A stretch of 64,000 nt of DNA, taken from positions 256,001 to 320,000 of the forward strand of contig CAWCRS010000003.1 of the NCBI GenBank assembly GCA_963798085.1, given 5' to 3'. The position numbers and the translations under genes were made by a program. Below are positions 1 to 10,278 of the stretch, in pieces. The notes beneath the pieces were generated by a model. It saw nothing but the letters and a program-made list of their open reading frames with translations, was not told the origin of the DNA and searched no databases. How positions within the stretch are numbered: position 1 is the first letter of the stretch; each line of letters opens with the position of its first letter. This DNA is from an uncultured Gemmatimonadales bacterium. Lineage in GTDB: Bacteria; Gemmatimonadota; Gemmatimonadetes; Longimicrobiales; RSA9.

Positions 1-14
1 TGGCGGCAGCGTAT

Positions 15-148
15 GGACCGTCCTGGCGCTCATTCGCACACCAGCTTATCGGACCGTCCTGGCACCCCTGCCGTTATCGGACCGTCCTGACACCCCTGCC
101 GTTATCGGACCGTCCTGGCACCCCTGCCGTTATCGGACCGTCTTGGCA
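15..148 (+). repeat. 28-bp tandem repeat (TTATCGGACCGTCCTGGCACCCCTGCCG) x3 plus a partial copy
   Basis: Units start at 46, 74, 102 and 130 (last one partial). An isolated core GGACCGTCCTGGC lies at 15-27. Confidence 0.9.
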
Positions 149-250
149 TTCTTGCGTTTCGGCCAGCGGCCGAATCCTCGCGACCCGCGCAACCATGAAC
201 AATGGTCAGTCGATACCGACATGGGTCGCCTGCATGGGCGCGCGTTGCGT

Positions 251-344
251 AAGGAAAGACACGCCAGGACGGTCCGACAATTGGCAAGGAAAGAACGCCA
301 GGACGGTCCGACAATTGGCAAGGAAAGAATGCCAGGACGGTCCG
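251..344 (+). repeat. 34-bp tandem repeat x3 carrying the inverted core GCCAGGACGGTCCG
   Basis: Core at 263, 297 and 331. It is the reverse complement of the core of the 28-bp array. Confidence 0.9.
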
Positions 345-355
345 CTAAGCCGGAC

Positions 356-861
356 TCAGTCGCTGCTCTCGCCGGTTTTGCTGTTGGCGCGATCGACGAA
401 CTGCTGCAGGATGGCGCTCCAGCCGTCCGGCGAAGACACGCCCGTGCGAATCGCCTCCGCCCCCTCGCCGTGACGCTCGAAATGGCGGTGTTCCAGCTCG
501 ACGCGCGTACGATCCGCCGCCTCCGCAATGAAACGCACCTCCACTTCACTCGCGTGGCTGATGTCCGGATCGAACGTCCACTGAGCGTTCAGCTGCCACG
601 CCAGCACCACGCGCCGCGGCGGCTCCCACACGAGTACGCGGCCCCACTCACACTCGCTGCCATTTACGCAGCGCTCGTAGAAGCGTCCATTGGCCGCCGG
701 CTGCATCACGACTTCCCGCAACTCGGCCCCACCGATGTGATGGCTGGCGGCCACCAGCTCGTGATCGAGCCAGTGAACACGCGGAAGGCGCGCGCCTGCG
801 GCGTGCTCACGATTGCCGAGCAGCGAACGCTCGGCTCCACCGTCTGTTGTGCTTCCCTCTT
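356..861 (-). CDS. SRPBCC/AHSA1-like (START-fold) protein, frameshifted near 748
   Basis: N-terminus (SVRCSAIVSTPQARAFRVFT..SWWP) is in one frame and C-terminus (HHIG..WGRVLVWEPPRRVVLAWQ..EVEVRF..TRVELEH..GWSAIL) in another. Start is uncertain: AAG sits where ATG is expected after GGAG. Confidence 0.75.
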
Positions 862-1064
862 GGTTTCTCCCCGGTGGTTTCGGCCGCCGCCTTGAACACG
901 GCCAGTGCTTGTGCCAGAACCGGTCGAACCAGGCCCGCAAGCCATGGCTTACGGTACGTGGATGCTTACCACTATCAAGACCCATCCAACCCTGATGGCC
1001 GCGTCCCGCATCGGCGCGAGTGGCGGGTACCGCTGCGCGAGCGGCAGCGGCCGGGTGGCAACTG

Positions 1065-1210
1065 GGCGGCGCGAACCAGGCGCCGGGAACCAGGCGGGTG
1101 GGATCCGGGTGGCGGGAGCCAGGCGCGCGGCGGAACCAGGCGGCGCGAACCAGGCGGCGCGAACCAGGCGGCGCGAACCAGGCGGGATCCGGGTGGCGGA
1201 AACCGGGCGG
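1065..1210. repeat. 14-bp minisatellite GGCGGCGCGAACCA with degenerate copies
   Basis: Exact copies at 1065, 1139, 1153 and 1167. GGGATCCGGGTGGCGG occurs twice, interspersed. Confidence 0.8.
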
Positions 1211-1385
1211 CGACCGGGCGGATCGGCAGCCGGTCACGGGTCCAGTGGGTCCGGTCACGGGTCAGACGGACCGGGATCCGCGGTCCGCACGACAGCGCCG
1301 CGCTGCAGGCCGCCCCCTGGCGCGCTCTGCGCAGCGCCGGGGGCGGCTCTAACATGTGGTTATGATGCCGCGGCGCCTCGACCCA

Positions 1386-3224
1386 TCAGCTGATGGTGAT
1401 GATCACTGTCCCATCGCTGTGACCGAGCTGGCTGGCGAGGCGGTACTGGAACGTGAACGTGCCGGTGAATCCCGCGGGCGGGGTGAAGCTGAAGCTGCCG
1501 TCCGCCATCACCGTGAGCAGACCACCGTTGAATCCGCCCACGCCGAAGGCCACGCTGCCGCCGGCTGTGTAGCTGGTGGCAGCGCCGCCCAGATCGGCAC
1601 CGCCAAAGCTGATGACCGTGCCCAGCGGGAAACCCGGGTCGTCATTGGCAAGCACACCCGTGGCCGCGTTCACGGTCAGAGTCATGCCGGCGCCCACCAT
1701 GTATGCATCGTCCACTGTGGACGGTGCGACGCCGACATTGATCGTCACCGTCGCATCGGAGCTGCCGGTGGCGTTCTGCAGCCGGTACTGGAACGTGAAA
1801 GCACCCTGGAAGTTGTTGCTCGGTGTGAATGTCAGGCTGCCGTCCGCGTTCACGCGGATGGAGCCACCGGTGCCGAATGCCACCGTCGTGCCCACGACAT
1901 TGGCGGTCGCGGTGCCCAGCAGGCTGCCACCACCGAACGACACGATGGTGCCGCTCGGTACGCCCAGTGTGTCATTGGCCAGCAGGCCGGGCGCGGGCAC
2001 CACCAGGGGTGTGTTTTTCGTCGCGGCAATCGTGTCCGCTACTGCGACCGGCGCCGCGTTGAGGCGCACCACAATGAGCGCCGAATCGGTGACGGCGCCA
2101 CTCGTGGCACGGACGTAGACGCTGCCGTTGGCCACGGCGCTGACAATGCCGTTTGGTGCGACAACAGCCACGCCGCCATTCGCTGTGCTCCACACTACCG
2201 CCGGCGCAGTGATCGGCTGGCCATTGGCATCCACGCCCGTCGCGGTGAGCTGCGCCGTGGGTGCGGCGCTCGTCAGCGTGTCGACGGCGGGACTCACGGT
2301 CAGACTGACCGCCACCTGCGCAACAGTGACCTGCGCCTGGCCGGTCACCGTGCCGATTGTGGCGCGCACCTGCGCCGTGCCGTTCCCCTTCGCGGTGGCG
2401 AGGCCCGTGCTGCTCACGTCGACAACCGCAGTATTGCTGCTGGACCAGACGAAGCTGCCGGCCGGCACTGTCACCGGATTGCCGTTGCGGTCCTTGGCCG
2501 AGGCCTGGAACTGCTGTGTCGCATTCGCGGAAGTGAACTGGACCGTGCCCGGATCGACGGTGATGCTGGCGGCCGCGGGCTGCACGGTCACCTGGGCGTC
2601 GCCCGTGGCGCCGTCCATGGTGGCGCGGACCGTCGCGCTGCCCGGGCTGACGGCCAGCACGTTCCCGCTGGCGTCCACCGCCACAATGTTTGAATTGGTC
2701 GATGTCCAGGCCGGCACGCGACCCGAAATGACGTTGTCGTGCGCGTCCTTCGCGACGAACTGCAGGACGGCCTGCGCTCCGATGGCATCGAGCAGCAATG
2801 GCGTCGGCGTGACCGTGATGCTGGCGGCCGGTCCGGCCACTGCGGTCGCGTGGAAGGTCACGGTTGCCGTGCCGATCGTCAGGGTGGCAGCCTGATCGCC
2901 CGCGGTGGGCCCCAGCGTCCAGTTGGCGCCGGCGCGACCGTTGTCGTCCGTCTTCATGGCGGTCGGTGTCACCGATCCGCCACCCGCGGCCTGCCACGCG
3001 ACCGTGGCGCCGCTCACCGGCTTGCCCTGCGCATCCAGCGCTTTCGCCACCACCGGCTGGATCAGCTGTGTGGCCACGGCGCCGCCCTGCAGGTCGCCAC
3101 TCGCGGCCTCGACGGTGGTCACCCGCCCTTCCGGCGGCCCCGCATTGTCCTTGCAGGCTGTTAGAAAGGCAGCGCAGCAGAGCAATGCGGCGGCGCGGGC
3201 CGGGCGGTAGCGGATCGGGATCAT
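1386..3224 (-). CDS. Surface lipoprotein with Ig-like (Big_1/Big_2) and cadherin-like/Big_9 repeats
   Basis: Lipobox FLTAC. Repeated 'WSSSNTAVVDVSSTGLATAKGNG' Big_2 motifs and two 'PVAVADT..GLLAND..VNADGS.TFTP..F.G.FTFQY' units. Confidence 0.85.
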   Translation of the reverse strand: MIPIRYRPARAAALLCCAAFLTACKDNAGPPEGRVTTVEAASGDLQGGAVATQLIQPVVAKALDAQGKPVSGATVAWQAAGGGSVTPTAMKTDDNGRAGANWTLGPTAGDQAATLTIGTATVTFHATAVAGPAASITVTPTPLLLDAIGAQAVLQFVAKDAHDNVISGRVPAWTSTNSNIVAVDASGNVLAVSPGSATVRATMDGATGDAQVTVQPAAASITVDPGTVQFTSANATQQFQASAKDRNGNPVTVPAGSFVWSSSNTAVVDVSSTGLATAKGNGTAQVRATIGTVTGQAQVTVAQVAVSLTVSPAVDTLTSAAPTAQLTATGVDANGQPITAPAVVWSTANGGVAVVAPNGIVSAVANGSVYVRATSGAVTDSALIVVRLNAAPVAVADTIAATKNTPLVVPAPGLLANDTLGVPSGTIVSFGGGSLLGTATANVVGTTVAFGTGGSIRVNADGSLTFTPSNNFQGAFTFQYRLQNATGSSDATVTINVGVAPSTVDDAYMVGAGMTLTVNAATGVLANDDPGFPLGTVISFGGADLGGAATSYTAGGSVAFGVGGFNGGLLTVMADGSFSFTPPAGFTGTFTFQYRLASQLGHSDGTVIITIS

Positions 3225-3846
3225 GTGGCAGCCTCGTTCGGGGGTTGTTCCGGTGCGATGGCCCGATCCCGTCGTCGCGATCCGGCTGCTGACTTCGCCG
3301 TTACGAACCCGCCGGTGGCACTGACGTTCCCACGCCGCTCGCCGCCCGCGCCATCCGCTCCCGCACTCAGCATTCCCTGCGATACAACGCCGACGCGCCG
3401 CCAGCGTGACAGGCGGCGCCCGACCCGCGTGTTCCCCGCCCGCGCACACCGCCGTTCGAGCATGGCTCCGGGCAGGCACGCGGCCCTCCGTGACTCCGGC
3501 TCAGCGGGCCGTACTCCCGGGCGATAGTGACAAAAACATGACGGTTAGCATTTCCCACGCTCAAGCCTCGAGACGGCGCACGAACCCATGCGCCACGTTG
3601 CCTGCCGCCTTCCCGTTGCGGGTCGCGGGACCGCTCGCACGTCTGAGCGACAGTCCGGATCGCGTGTGTGGCTGGTTGTGGGGCCATTCCCGGTCGGCCG
3701 GAGGGAGAGACTCAGGCCGGGCCCGAGTACCCATGGGCATTGCGCCGACCGCGCTGTCGTGCGGCAGACGTAGTCTCGCGATCAACGCGTCGCGGGCGGA
3801 CGCCGGCAGGCTGACGCCCGCACCGGCGGCCGGAGCAGCGGGTCGC

Positions 3847-6531
3847 CTAATCCGTAGTTAGTGCGCGCACCGGATCCACGCGGCTGGCGCGCCGGGCCGG
3901 CAGCAGCACGGCGAGCAGCGCCACCATTGCGGACAGAGCCGTCACACCGGCGATGATGGGCGGATCCCACGGGCTCACCTGGAAGAGCATGCTGCGCGCT
4001 ACCCGACCCAGCGCCAGCGTCAGCGCCAGGCCCGCGAGCAGCCCGGCCGCTGCCGGCGCCATGCCCTGGCGCAGCATCATCCCGGTCACCTGGCTGTGGC
4101 GTGCACCCAGCGCCATGCGCAGCCCGATCTCGCGCGTGCGCCGCGATACGATCCAGGCGACGACGCCGTACAGTCCCACCGACGCGAGCACCAGCGCAAT
4201 CGCCGCGAAGCTGCCCAGCGCAACCAGATAGAAGCGTGTGGGCGCCACCTCGCGGGCCACGGCTGCGTCGACGGTCTCGAGGTCGCGAACCGGCAGACCC
4301 GGATCGAGCGAACGCACCAGGTTGCGGATCGCGGCCCCGTCCGGCGCCATGCGGGCGCGTGTGCGCAGCAGCACGTGCAGCGCCAGCGGACCGAACTGCG
4401 GCAGCGGCACATAGACTTCGGACTCCGGTTCCCGCCGCACGCCCCGCTTCACATCGCCGGCTACGCCCACCACGGTCCACACCGGGGAACCATAGCCGAA
4501 GTCCGCCGTGACCCGGAAGCGCTGACCCAGCGGATCCTGCGTTCCAAACACGCGGTTGGAGAATGCCTGACTGATTACGGCCACAGGCGACGACGCACTG
4601 CCATTGGTCGCTTCGATCCAGCGCCCGCGCAGCAGCGGCATGCCTGCGGTGGCGGCGTAGCCGGGCGTGACCGCGTGCATTGATGCGAAGAGCATGTGGC
4701 CCGGCTCCGGCTCGGGCCTGCCCTGCACCAGGATCTCGCCGGAAATGTTCACCGGCGTGAGGGGCGGGCCGTATATCGAGCCCACGGACACCACGCCGGG
4801 CAGCGCGGCCAGTCGCTGCTCGAGCGTCTGGAACAACGCCGCGCCCGCGTCCAGCGAGCGATAGCGCGCAAGGTTGAGCGCCAGCTGGAAGCGCGTCAGC
4901 TCCTGCGGCTCGAAGCCGAGCCGCACGCGGTACATGCGGTCGAAGCTCTTGAGGACGAGGCCCGCGCCGGCCAGCAGCACGAGCGATAGCGCGACTTCGC
5001 CGGCCAGCAGTATCGATCGCGAACGCCGGGCACGCACGCCATCGCCTGCACGCTGCGTCGACACCAGGCCCGCGGCCAGCGAGCGGCGCGCCAGGCCCAG
5101 CGCCGGCGCACCGCCGAACAGGAGTGTTACCACCGTGCTGATGGCCAGCGTGAACAGCAGGACCGTGCCATCCAGGCCCGTCTGTTCACTGTGCGGCACC
5201 AGGCCGGCCGGCATGCGCCGCAGCAGCAGCACGGCAGCGCCCGCCAGCAAGAGGCCCAGCACCGTGCCCGCCGCGGACAGGAGCGCGCTCTCCATGAGCA
5301 CCGGCACGGCGAGGCGGCCGCCGGAGGCGCCCAGCGCCGAGCGCACGGCCACTTCGTTGCGCCGCGTCTCGCTGCGCACCAGCAGCAGATTTGCCACGTT
5401 GGCGCACGCGATCAGCAGCACCAGACCCACCGCACCCAGGATGAAGAGCAGCGCGCCGCGCACATCAGCCACCTGGTCATCCGCCAGACGCACGGCCCGG
5501 AAGCCGGTGCCGAGGTTCGACTGCGGATAGGCAGCCGCCAGCCGGCCGGCCAGTCCTTCTAACTGAGCATTAGCCATTTCCACGGTGGCGCCGGGCGCGA
5601 GCCGCCCGATCGTGTAGAGTGTGTGGCAACCTCGCCCGCAGGCCTCGGGAACCCGCCTCGCCACCCAGAGCTGCGCCTGGTCAGGGAAGGCGAAGCCTTC
5701 GGGCGCCACACCCACGACCTCGTAGCTGCCGCCGGACAGATCCAGCGTGGCGCCCAGGACATCGCTGCGTCCGCCCATGCGGTCGCGCCAGAAGCGGTAG
5801 CCCAGCACCACCACGAGCCCGCTGCCCGTCTCATTGTCCGCCTCCGCAATGTCGCGGCCCAGCAGCGGCGTCAGGTGGAAGGTGTGCAGCAAGCCGCTCG
5901 TTACCCGGCCCGTGGGAATCACCTCGGGATCACCGCTCCGCGTGATCACGGCCGTGCTCGCCCGCTGCCCCACGAGAGAAGCGAATGCCGGCAGCGCGCT
6001 CGCGTCCTCGAGGTCGGCCAGCGACATGTCGCCGCGCGCATCCGGATTCGAGGTCGCGTGCGCCCACACCATTACCAGCCCATCCGGATCGGCGTACGGC
6101 AGCGGCCGCAGCAACACGGCGTTAATGACGCTGAATACCGCGGTGTTTGCGCCCATGCCCAGTGCCAGCGTGAACACCGCCAGCGAGGTGAAGCCGGGTC
6201 GCCTGGCCAGCGATCGCACGGCAAAACGGAAATCCTGCAGCCACCGGTCCATGAACCCGCCTCCTCTCGAACGCTTCGGTGCGATTGCCGGGCGCGCGGG
6301 CCAGGATGGCCGCAGCCGCTCGAGCCAGCCGCGGCGCAGCAGCTCCAGCACCGCGCGCAGCTGGAACGCCGCCGCGCGCATCCGTGTCGGCCGGCCCGCC
6401 GCCTGCCACGCGGCACGCCAGTCCAGGTACGTGCGCTCCATGTCCGCGCCGAACTGCGCGCGGAAGCGGGGCGGGAATGCCCGCAGCGCTGCCCGCACGG
6501 GGAGCGGCAGACGATCCGGCTGATCCTTCAC
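3847..6531 (-). CDS. ADOP-family duplicated ABC permease (MacB-PCD/FtsX x2) with N-terminal prefix domain
   Basis: Motifs TLALGMGANTAVFSV, LLIACANVANLLL..R..E.AVR.ALGA and GLYGV...RTREIGLRMALGA. Start overlaps the PadR stop. Confidence 0.9.
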   Translation of the reverse strand: MKDQPDRLPLPVRAALRAFPPRFRAQFGADMERTYLDWRAAWQAAGRPTRMRAAAFQLRAVLELLRRGWLERLRPSWPARPAIAPKRSRGGGFMDRWLQDFRFAVRSLARRPGFTSLAVFTLALGMGANTAVFSVINAVLLRPLPYADPDGLVMVWAHATSNPDARGDMSLADLEDASALPAFASLVGQRASTAVITRSGDPEVIPTGRVTSGLLHTFHLTPLLGRDIAEADNETGSGLVVVLGYRFWRDRMGGRSDVLGATLDLSGGSYEVVGVAPEGFAFPDQAQLWVARRVPEACGRGCHTLYTIGRLAPGATVEMANAQLEGLAGRLAAAYPQSNLGTGFRAVRLADDQVADVRGALLFILGAVGLVLLIACANVANLLLVRSETRRNEVAVRSALGASGGRLAVPVLMESALLSAAGTVLGLLLAGAAVLLLRRMPAGLVPHSEQTGLDGTVLLFTLAISTVVTLLFGGAPALGLARRSLAAGLVSTQRAGDGVRARRSRSILLAGEVALSLVLLAGAGLVLKSFDRMYRVRLGFEPQELTRFQLALNLARYRSLDAGAALFQTLEQRLAALPGVVSVGSIYGPPLTPVNISGEILVQGRPEPEPGHMLFASMHAVTPGYAATAGMPLLRGRWIEATNGSASSPVAVISQAFSNRVFGTQDPLGQRFRVTADFGYGSPVWTVVGVAGDVKRGVRREPESEVYVPLPQFGPLALHVLLRTRARMAPDGAAIRNLVRSLDPGLPVRDLETVDAAVAREVAPTRFYLVALGSFAAIALVLASVGLYGVVAWIVSRRTREIGLRMALGARHSQVTGMMLRQGMAPAAAGLLAGLALTLALGRVARSMLFQVSPWDPPIIAGVTALSAMVALLAVLLPARRASRVDPVRALTTD

Positions 6532-6899
6532 GAAGCGCCCCCGCCGGGCAGCAGCCGCCGCTCACGCGCCAGCCACACCATCTGCGCCAGCCGTCTGGCC
6601 TCCTGCTTCACCACGCGCCGGCCTTCCGCTGTCAGCCCGTAGTAGCGTCGCTCGCGCCCGCGCGTGAATGGCGGCGCGCTCGCTGGCTCCGCCACTTCCC
6701 GCACCCAGCCTTCCGCCATCAGCCGCGCCAGCACGCGATACAGCGAGCCGATCTCCGGCGCAATCGCCCCGCCCGATTGCTCCGCCACGGCCTTCATGAT
6801 CGCGTAGCCCCAGCTCGCACCCTCCGCGAGCACCAGCAACACGTGAAAGTCCAGCGCGCTGAGTGGCGCCTGTTCCGTTTCCGCCGTTCGCCTGCTCAC
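6528..6899 (-). CDS. PadR-family transcriptional regulator
   Basis: WGYAIMKAV..GSLYRVLARL..GWV..RRYYGLT.EGR winged-helix signature. Confidence 0.9.
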   Translation of the reverse strand: MSRRTAETEQAPLSALDFHVLLVLAEGASWGYAIMKAVAEQSGGAIAPEIGSLYRVLARLMAEGWVREVAEPASAPPFTRGRERRYYGLTAEGRRVVKQEARRLAQMVWLARERRLLPGGGAS

Positions 6900-7128
6900 G
6901 CTGTTCCGCCTCCTGATGCGCGGCCCGATTACAGCCCTGCCGTATTATATGCCTGCCGCCTGTATTCGACACGCAGCGCGGCCCGATGGTTGGCAGGCGC
7001 CGGAATACGGTTGGTGGCAATCGCCGCGAAGCGACAGGCGGCCGCGCCTTGCGCAGCCATGCGGCTGCGGGGGCAGCGCGGTCGTCCGTGTCGCTCAGCC
7101 CTCCCCGAGGTTCTCTACGCGCCAGGTC

Positions 7129-8855
7129 TCAGCGCAGCCAGAAGAACGGACTCCTGTTCTCGAAATTGCCGGGTCGCTCGAGCCCGGGATCGTACAACGG
7201 GTGGGGATGGCCGTGGCGGAACAGTTCCCGATCAATGCGCTTGAAGGGCTCGAAGAAGCGCGGCTCCTCCAGGTCCCAGAATGCGACAGCGCGGCTCGCT
7301 CGACCCCGAGGCCTCGAGGATGCCGTTCACCGCACGCCGTGCGGCTTCGTTGGCCGCTTCCATGGTCGCGACGTCGGTATTCGTCTGCACATAGTCGGAG
7401 GCGAGGAAGAAGTTGTGGATCCCGGTCAGCGCAGGCGGCCGCACCTTCCACGTATTCACGGTGTTGATGAGCAGCGGCTCCTCGTTGACCCACTGGCCAT
7501 TGCAGTGGTGCACGCTGTCGGCAAGGTACGAGAACAGGACGTTGTGATCCTCGAGAATGGACTTCACCGGTGTCGTTGAGATGGCGTTTGAGCTCCTCCC
7601 AGACCTCGGCGATGATCTCCTCGCGCGTGCAGTCGCGCGCCATCCTGCCGCAGTGATCGCCCGGCGCATTCCAGTCGGAGATGTCGACGGACAGGATGCC
7701 ATCGACAGTGCCATCGCCGAAGCGCGAGAGATCGACGCCGGGCCAGAACTGCTTCTGCGAAATGGCCGTGAGCGCCCAGGGACAGTCGTTGATGATGACG
7801 TGGCCGCGGCTGAGCTTCACGTCCACATTGAGGAAGAACTGCAGTCCGATCATCCACTCGGTCTGCAGCCTGTCGAGATGCGCCATGCGGGGCTCGGATT
7901 CGATCATCTCCGGTGACACCAGGCGTCGCATGCGCTCGACCGGAAGCGCGGCAATGAAGTAATCGTCAGCGAACTGGTAACGTTTGCCGTTGGCTTCCCG
8001 GATCGTGACCTCGACCACGCGGTCGTTCAGGCAGCGGATGCGCTCCACCTGCGAGTTCATGCGATAGTCGACGCCCAGATGTCGCAGGTGCGCCAGCCAT
8101 GGATCGAGCCAGACGTCGTGCGTGGGTCCGTTGAGCAGCCGATCGACGTGCACGCCCGGCTTCATGTGATCGAGCCACAGCTGCATCCCAATGTTGCCGA
8201 CGGTGCGCGTGCTGGCCTTGCGTGCGTCCATGGCCACGAGGAAGCGCACGCTTACCTCGCCCACCAGGTGCTGGTATTCAGGCGAATGCCGGTCCACATC
8301 CATGAATTGCCACCAGCCGATACGATCGTACTCCTCCGTGCGGCGTTCCTGACAGGTTGTCAGCAGAGTCCAGAAGCGCTGCGCGATGAACAGGTACTGC
8401 TGCGGCGTCAGATTGAAGTCGGAGCGACGCAGGCGCATGATGTCCTGGATGTCTTCCACCGTGCGCGGGAAGTGCGTCAGCATCTGGAAGTCGATGGCGC
8501 CCTCGCGGGCGAACATGGTGCGCGAGGTGGGCACCAGATTGTCATGCACGCTGCCCTTGCCGAACGGGATGTTCTTCATGGTGTCGGGCAGGTGCTTGTA
8601 GAACGCGGGGAAGAAACGGAACCCGTGTTCGCCGGGCAGGTCGCGTCTCCCGTTGGTCCCGGTACCGGGCACGAAGATGCTGCGCGCCTTGCCGCCCTGT
8701 GTGCTCTTCGCCTCGAACACGGTCACGTGGTAACCGCGCTGCGCCAGTTCGTGCGCGGCGCTCATGCCGGCCACGCCGCCACCCAGAATGGCGACGCCCC
8801 TTCTTGGTCGTGCACCCAAAGTCAGCCTCCTGCGCCTCGGCAGCGCTGATAACAC
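7129..8855 (-). CDS. FAD-dependent oxidoreductase (HpnE/carotene desaturase-like), two frameshifts near 7557 and 7279
   Basis: GGGVAGMSAAHELA..FE...GGKARS, GEHGFRFFP, and C-terminal LASDYV...ATMEAANEAARRAVN in a shifted frame. Confidence 0.75.
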
Positions 8856-8931
8856 GGCGTCATCATCTGGCGATGTGCGGAAGAACGGACTGGACGCAGC
8901 GTCGTCGCGTGGCGTCAGGAATTCGGGGGGT

Positions 8932-10095
8932 TCAGGACGCTCGGCCTGCCGTCTGGGCGTTATTCTGGCGTTCCGTGCCGTTTTGTAAAGGGAGCGGCCG
9001 CCGGCCGGTGAAGGGCAGGAGGAACCACCGGCGCCGGATGGCGGCCACGGTCATGCCACGTGCATATCCGGTCATCAGGACCGCGGCTGCCGGGCGAGAG
9101 CACAGGATGCGGCAGCCGAGATCGAGATGATCATAGAACCACGCAGCATCGCGACTGCCCGTGCGCACGTCGTGCAGCACGGGGCGGAGATGGCGAGGGT
9201 AGATCGTGGTGAGCGCAGTCCGCGTCTGTGCCGCTTCGAGGATGGCGGCTGCCGCCGCCTGACCGCTGGCCACCGCGTTGTGGATGCCCTCGCCGAGCAG
9301 CGGCTCGACCAGACCCGCGGCATCGCCGGCCAGCGCCACTCGCGCACTGGCCACGCGACCTCGCCAGCCGGAGACGCCGATATGGTGACCCACCACGTCG
9401 CCCAACACGACGTCACCGAGCTTCGAGCGCACGTACAATGCGAGCGCGTCCCGGCCTGGTCGCGCGTCTACGGCAGAGGTGTAGAGACCCACATTGACGT
9501 GGTCGCCCTTGGGAAACAGCCAGCCGTAGCCGCGTGGCGCCACGCCGAAATCGAATTCCATGGGCGGCGGGTCCGCCGTGGGCACGCACGCCTCGATGGC
9601 AAAGGCGTGGGCGAGCGGCGTGAATCCGGGCACCATACGCCGCACCACGCTGTTGGCGCCGTCGGCACCGACGAGCCAGGGCGCTCGCCATGTGACGTCG
9701 TCGCTTTCCAGCACCACCTCATCCGCTTCCTCACGGATCGAGCGGATGTGGCGCACAACCCGGAACTCGGCACCGCGCTCGATGGTCTGACCCAGACAGA
9801 ACGCGTCCAGCTCGGCACGCACCGTCATGGCGCACACCGCGTGCTTCGCCTGCAGGGTCGCCGGAGCGGCGGACTGATTTCTGACGACGATGCTCGTACA
9901 GACCTCGCGCACCACCGGCGTCACCGGATAGCGCAGGCGTCGCAGCGTCTTGATCGTGATGCCGCCGGCGCATGGTTTCACTCGCGGGAAGCGCCGCCGG
10001 TCCAGCAGCAGCACGCTCTTCCCCGCCGCTGCCAGGTCCCAGGCCGCGGCACAGCCCGCCGGGCCCGCGCCCACCACGATCGCGTCGTAACGCAT
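8932..10095 (-). CDS. Geranylgeranyl reductase family flavoprotein
   Basis: YDAIVVGAGPAG, FPRVKPCAGG, GADGANS, GYGWLFPKG, GDAAGLVEPLLGEGI. Confidence 0.88.
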   Translation of the reverse strand: MRYDAIVVGAGPAGCAAAWDLAAAGKSVLLLDRRRFPRVKPCAGGITIKTLRRLRYPVTPVVREVCTSIVVRNQSAAPATLQAKHAVCAMTVRAELDAFCLGQTIERGAEFRVVRHIRSIREEADEVVLESDDVTWRAPWLVGADGANSVVRRMVPGFTPLAHAFAIEACVPTADPPPMEFDFGVAPRGYGWLFPKGDHVNVGLYTSAVDARPGRDALALYVRSKLGDVVLGDVVGHHIGVSGWRGRVASARVALAGDAAGLVEPLLGEGIHNAVASGQAAAAAILEAAQTRTALTTIYPRHLRPVLHDVRTGSRDAAWFYDHLDLGCRILCSRPAAAVLMTGYARGMTVAAIRRRWFLLPFTGRRPLPLQNGTERQNNAQTAGRAS

Positions 10096-10278
10096 GCCGG
10101 CAGACTGCGGCTTGCCCGGGGCGTGCACAAGGTCGGACGAAGTGCCCGATCGATCCTGCGCCGCGGCGTCCTGAGATGCGCGATCGCAGAGCGCCATGGC
10201 TCCTGCGCTTTGGCCCCCCGGGCAGGAAAGGAGACTGCTGCGCTGCGAACGCCCCTTCCATATTATTGTGTGTAACTG

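Noticed and set aside
46..344. CRISPR array
   Set aside because: Units are head-to-tail with identical linkers, there are no unique spacers, and no cas genes lie in the window.
899..915. Sigma-54 promoter for the SRPBCC gene (TGGCACAAGCACTGGC, minus strand)
   Set aside because: The -12 GC is displaced by one base and TTGC is absent.
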